Below, piece after piece: positions 45,290-49,511 of a stretch of DNA of 49,511 bases (positions are counted from its first letter, which is position 1; every line of letters begins with the position of its first letter). A program made the position numbers and the translations under genes. A model generated the notes under the pieces. That model searched no databases. It was not told the DNA's origin and was given only the letters and a program-made list of their open reading frames with translations. Origin of the DNA: Armatimonadota bacterium (lineage in GTDB: Bacteria; Armatimonadota; Chthonomonadetes; Chthonomonadales; JAMCWF01); the NCBI GenBank assembly GCA_023481295.1, contig JAMCWF010000021.1:1-49511 (forward strand). The letters run 5' to 3'.

Positions 45290-46294
45290 TCAACCGTTTG
45301 ATCTTATTTTTTCGTAACCGTTCTGCCGATACCATTCCACCGCCCGTTGCAAGGCCGGCTTGATGGGGGAAATGGTGTATCCAAGCTCCGTCATTGCCCG
45401 TTCCGAATCAAAATACATCTTTTTGGCCGCCATTCGCACGCTCTCTAGCGAAATATGCGGCTCCCTTTTCAATAATACGCTCCAGAGTAGGTGATCAACA
45501 GCAGCCGCCCCAAGCGCCATACCATAAGGGATCCGGAGGTGGGGAGGTTTTCGTCCGCTGACTTCGGCCAGTGCAGTCAAGATATCCTGCAGGGTCATGT
45601 TGCGGCCCCCCAGGATGTACCGCTCCCCGACGGCTCCCTTTTTGGCTGCCAGGAGGTGGCCATTTGCCGCGTCATGCACATCAACCAGGTTTAAACCGGT
45701 GTCCAGGAAGGCCGGTATGCGTCCGTTCAAAAAGTCAACGATGACTTTGCCGGTCGGAGTGGGCTTTACATCCTCCTCGCCTACCGGTGTGCTCGGATTG
45801 ACGATCACTACCGGCAATCCCTGTGCGGCAAAATCGCGAACCGCCTCTTCCGCCATAAATTTGGAACGTTTATAGTGTCCCACCATATCGTCCAGTGTAA
45901 CCGGAGTGCGCTCATTCCCGGGTGCCCCGCCCTTTGGGATGCCCAGCGTTCCAACCGTACTGGTGTAGACAACCCGCTCCGCGCCGACTTTTTGGGCGGC
46001 CGCCATCACGTTTCTGGTACCGTCGACATTATTGCGATAAAGCTCGGAAGTGTCGCGTGACCATAACCGGTAATCGGCCGCGATATGATAAATTTGATCA
46101 CATCCATCCATTGCCCGGTTGAGACTTTCTATGTCGAGCAGGTTGCCTTTTGTAATCGAGCAGCCCATCGAAACCAAATGAGCGACCGGACTGGATGAAC
46201 GCACCAGCGCAACCACCTGATCTCCCCGGTCAACCAATAATCGAGCCACATGGCGTCCTACGAAACCGGATGCGCCGGTAATCATCACCTTCAT
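45290..46294 (-). CDS. hpnA: hopanoid-associated NAD-dependent sugar epimerase/dehydratase
   Basis: Rossmann motif MKVMITGASGFVGRHV and the YxxxK motif (YKRSK), located between hpnH and ispH. Confidence 0.75.
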   Translation of the reverse strand: MKVMITGASGFVGRHVARLLVDRGDQVVALVRSSSPVAHLVSMGCSITKGNLLDIESLNRAMDGCDQIYHIAADYRLWSRDTSELYRNNVDGTRNVMAAAQKVGAERVVYTSTVGTLGIPKGGAPGNERTPVTLDDMVGHYKRSKFMAEEAVRDFAAQGLPVVIVNPSTPVGEEDVKPTPTGKVIVDFLNGRIPAFLDTGLNLVDVHDAANGHLLAAKKGAVGERYILGGRNMTLQDILTALAEVSGRKPPHLRIPYGMALGAAAVDHLLWSVLLKREPHISLESVRMAAKKMYFDSERAMTELGYTISPIKPALQRAVEWYRQNGYEKIRSNG

Positions 46295-46358
46295 ATCAGT
46301 CGCCGAAGAACAATCGTAAGCTTTTTGCCGCAGTATCTCTACTCGATAGGTTCAGTCA

Positions 46359-47360
46359 CTATTTGGAGAGCGCCCATGCGGTGAGCTGCAGCCGTCCTTT
46401 CCAGGTTTTCATCGCCTCAACCACTGCGCTGTGCTCAAAGCCGCTGTGCATCTTACAGTTTTGGCAGCGATGATCCTGTCGGCTTTCCCAGTATTTCCAG
46501 TCCACCTCGTTCCAAAACTCGGCCCAATCTTGGTAATACTTTTCGCCAATCAGGTAACAGGGTGCCTTCCAGCCTATAGGAGTGTAATTTACGGTAGACC
46601 ATGGTGCGCATGGAAGCTCTCTCAAGCCAGCCGCAAACTCTAAAAATAGGGGCGAAGCGCTGATCCGGTAGCGGTTTGCGAATGTGCGAATCTGCCGGAA
46701 CTTCTCATGAATTTGTTCTTTGGATAGAAATACATCTTCCTTGACGCTCTCATACTCATAGCCCGGTGAGATCAAGATGCTGTCCGATTTCAAGTCGGCG
46801 GCCAGCTTACACAACTCCTCGACTTCATCCACGTCGGTCTGCTTAAAGACGGTGGTGTTGACCATCGTGATGTAGCCCCGTTGCTTGGCCTCCCGCAACA
46901 TTTCAACTGCTTTATCGAAGACACCCGGCCGGTTGCAAACCATATCGTGAGTATGGCGCATGCCATCCAGATGAATCATGATGAAGAGCTGTGGATGAGG
47001 TGGGATAACGCCGAAAATTTTGGTATCCATTTTTAACGCGTTGGTGCAGCAGATCACGTATTTTCCGCGTTCGATCAACCCCTGTATCAGTTCCGGCAGC
47101 TCCGGGTAGAGGGTCGGTTCACCGCCGCAGAGGTTGATGATCGGTGCACCGCAATCGTCAACCGCTTTGAAACAGGCTTCCAATGAAAGGCGGTCGGAAA
47201 GTTTGCCGGTATGACGCTCCACCGCACAGCCGCAACAAGCCAGATTGCAGGTATAAAGCGGCTCCAGCATCAACACCGATGGGTACCTCTTTCGCCCCTC
47301 TTTCTCCATCTGGACCCGATACCGGGTTTGTGCCATTATGAATCCAATGGGATATCGCAT
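46359..47360 (-). CDS. hpnH: adenosylhopane synthase, radical SAM
   Basis: KRYPSVLMLEPLYTCNLACCGC (CxxxCxxC). The ATG at 47360 (AAGGA 8 nt upstream) leaves 23 aa before KRYP, as I recall for HpnH. The ORF-track start at 47381 is the alternative. Confidence 0.8.
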   Translation of the reverse strand: MRYPIGFIMAQTRYRVQMEKEGRKRYPSVLMLEPLYTCNLACCGCAVERHTGKLSDRLSLEACFKAVDDCGAPIINLCGGEPTLYPELPELIQGLIERGKYVICCTNALKMDTKIFGVIPPHPQLFIMIHLDGMRHTHDMVCNRPGVFDKAVEMLREAKQRGYITMVNTTVFKQTDVDEVEELCKLAADLKSDSILISPGYEYESVKEDVFLSKEQIHEKFRQIRTFANRYRISASPLFLEFAAGLRELPCAPWSTVNYTPIGWKAPCYLIGEKYYQDWAEFWNEVDWKYWESRQDHRCQNCKMHSGFEHSAVVEAMKTWKGRLQLTAWALSK

Positions 47361-47472
47361 CAAATTGTTCCTTTTCCTCATCCAGCTATTTCGTTGCTGC
47401 CGGCTCTTCTAACAGAGCGGTAAAGCCGGGTCTATTCTGGATGCGGTTCACCTTCCAAAATAAAAAAAAGCT

Positions 47473-49479
47473 CTAGCTTACTCGATCGCGCTGGTTCTTC
47501 CGATATTCGGCGTACTGCCCCAGCGCCCACAGCGGAAAGGTATGCCGGTAAAGATGGTATCGAAGGTAAAAAACCTTTGGAAAACCAGCGCCGGTAAACC
47601 AGGGTTCATCCCAGGTGCCATCGCTGTTTTGGTGGCGCACCAGGTAGTTTATGCCCAGTTCCACCTCCGGACAGTCTCGTACCGGTGAGTTTAAGAGTCC
47701 CATCACCGCCCAAGCCGTTTGGGAGGCGGTGCTTGGGCCGACCGCCTTGTGCCTTTCGTCCTCATAGGAGCGGCAGTACTCGCCCCAACCGCCGTCAGGA
47801 TTCTGCACCGATCGCAGCCAATCAGTGGCGCGTTGAACCATCGGGTGATCCATATCAAAACCGACTCGGTTTAAGCCGCGGAGCGCCTGCCAAGTTCCGT
47901 AAATATAGTTTACCCCCCATCGGCCAAACCATGAACCGTCCGCACATTGCTCTCGCTGAAGATAGCGGATCGCTCGTTGAACCGGCCGGTTATCGAGACG
48001 GCCTCCATAATAGCTCAGCATTTCCAAGCCGCGAGCGCTGATGTCGGCCGAACTGGGGTCCAGCATAGCGTTGTGATCGGCGAATGGAATCTCCTGCAGG
48101 ATCATCCGATCATTGTTGCGGTCAAACGATGCCCAGCCGCCATCACGGTTCTGCATAGCCATGGTCCAGTTCAGCGCGCGTTGCAATACCGGCCTAATCG
48201 ATTCCGGTGCTTCACGCCAATCTCCGTCCCCGGCGCAATGCAGTTTGTAAAGGGCCATCATCACCATAAAGGTATCATCCACATCGGGGTACAGCTCGTT
48301 TTCAAATTCGAAGTACCATCCGCCCGGCTCTACACCGGTGACCGTTTGCGCCCAATCCCCTCTAGTCCGCACCTCTTTGCTGATCAGCCACTTACCAGCT
48401 CGTTGAACGGCAGGGTGGTCGGGCGGTAACCCGCTGTCGATCAGCGCGTTGACGGCAATGGCCGTGTCCCAGACCGGGGAGATGCAGGGTACCAGGCGAA
48501 TCGTATCCCCCTCCTCTATCTCAAATTTCGCCAGTTCATTCAGCTCATGTTGAACGGCAGGGTGATCATCCGGAAGTCCTAGACATTTATAGGCCATAAC
48601 GGCGTGGGTCATAGCCGGAAAGATCGCGCCCAGCCCACCGCTCTTATACTGGTGGTCCAACAACCACTTGCGGCAGCGCTCCAGCGCGATCCGGCGTATC
48701 GGGTTACGCCGGAAGCGATGGTATATCTTCAGCAGTCCATCGAGCCACAAGAAAAAGTTACGCCAGGAAAAGAGGTTAGGGCTTGGCTGTAATTTGAGCA
48801 ACGCATGCTCGCGCCCTCCCACAAACAGCTCATCAATGCCGGCTTCCGATGGGACGGGGCGGTAAGGTCGTGCTGAGTTTATTACCGCCAGCGGTATCAA
48901 GATTGCCCTCGACCACGAGGACATCGCATAGATATTGATATAAAACCAGCGAGGTAAGAGGATCAGCTCGGTGGGAATGGCTGGCACGCCCGCCCAGTCG
49001 TACTGCCCGAATATGGACAGATATAGCTTGGTAAACGTGTTACAACTGGTGACGCCGCCCATTTTCAGGATCGCTTCGCGCAGCTTCACCATAAAGGGCT
49101 CGTCGGGCCGGTGGCCGGCCAACTTGAAGGCAAAATAGGCTTTTACCGAGGCGCTGACCTCACCCGGCCCGCCCGGGTAGATCGGTATCGAGCCATCCTC
49201 CTGCTGCCATCGCCGAATGTAATTCGTTAACCGTCGAAGCCGTTCGTGATCCGCTCTGCCCAAAAATTGCAACAGCAGGACGTATTCGGACTCCAGAATC
49301 GTGTCGCCCTCCAACTCACCGTTCCAGTATCCGTCCTCGTGTTGCCAGCTGAGAAGGGTGCGTTGAGCGCGCTCGATGGACTGCAGAATCGTTGCGGCGG
49401 TGATTCGTTCGTAAACCGTTTGCTTGGCCGTAACCGCATGGTCCATATCAACGTAAGTCGTCGGATTAACCGCATCCAT
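47473..49479 (-). CDS. shc: squalene-hopene cyclase
   Basis: 668 aa with the catalytic DVDDT motif (YPDVDDTFMV) and multiple QW repeats (e.g. QNRDGGW, QCADGSW, QNPDGGW, QNSDGTW). Confidence 0.9.
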   Translation of the reverse strand: MDAVNPTTYVDMDHAVTAKQTVYERITAATILQSIERAQRTLLSWQHEDGYWNGELEGDTILESEYVLLLQFLGRADHERLRRLTNYIRRWQQEDGSIPIYPGGPGEVSASVKAYFAFKLAGHRPDEPFMVKLREAILKMGGVTSCNTFTKLYLSIFGQYDWAGVPAIPTELILLPRWFYINIYAMSSWSRAILIPLAVINSARPYRPVPSEAGIDELFVGGREHALLKLQPSPNLFSWRNFFLWLDGLLKIYHRFRRNPIRRIALERCRKWLLDHQYKSGGLGAIFPAMTHAVMAYKCLGLPDDHPAVQHELNELAKFEIEEGDTIRLVPCISPVWDTAIAVNALIDSGLPPDHPAVQRAGKWLISKEVRTRGDWAQTVTGVEPGGWYFEFENELYPDVDDTFMVMMALYKLHCAGDGDWREAPESIRPVLQRALNWTMAMQNRDGGWASFDRNNDRMILQEIPFADHNAMLDPSSADISARGLEMLSYYGGRLDNRPVQRAIRYLQREQCADGSWFGRWGVNYIYGTWQALRGLNRVGFDMDHPMVQRATDWLRSVQNPDGGWGEYCRSYEDERHKAVGPSTASQTAWAVMGLLNSPVRDCPEVELGINYLVRHQNSDGTWDEPWFTGAGFPKVFYLRYHLYRHTFPLWALGQYAEYRKNQRDRVS

Positions 49480-49511
49480 CCTGGCTGTCTCTCCATGCCT
49501 ACTTCTTAGGC

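Noticed and set aside
47382-47472. T8 run just after the shc stop as an intrinsic terminator
   Set aside because: The preceding sequence forms at best a 5-bp stem with a 2-nt loop. The signal is too weak, and hpnH follows closely in the same orientation.

Overview
Chromosomal window from a moderately GC-rich diderm bacterium (OmpH, TolC and LolA-fold proteins present); I cannot assign a species. It holds about 40 credible genes. Housekeeping anchors are dnaA, rplJ-rplL with an L10-type leader, tRNA-Lys(CUU) and mobA. Other modules are a hopanoid cluster (shc-hpnH-hpnA-ispH-hpnG) abutting a tolC-MFP-RND efflux operon, an ECF sigma/anti-sigma/RseB-like module, an ArsR/SmtB regulator with a P1B-type metal ATPase, a ClC channel, a receiver-HD-GYP protein, a GH5-like hydrolase and an NlpC/P60 peptidase. 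The stand-out is a co-oriented multiheme respiratory island on the minus strand (1790-11597). It encodes a Crp/Fnr regulator with a C-terminal 4-Cys motif, a secreted 7-CXXCH cytochrome, a CbcL-like 11-CXXCH/b-type membrane cytochrome, a TAT-signal Rieske protein and CcmF. It also encodes one 821-aa polypeptide that fuses cytochrome b6, subunit IV, a monoheme c and nine tandem diheme repeats (19 CXXCH). An identical palindromic box, TATGAC-N4-GTCATA, occurs twice, each time at class-II activator distance from a -10-like hexamer: once before the 7-heme gene and once before ccmF. A second theme is a modular MITE-like palindromic repeat family. At least seven copies fill most large intergenic spacers and generate spurious ORFs in the six-frame track. 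I saw no CRISPR array, rRNA, transposase, integrase or phage genes.
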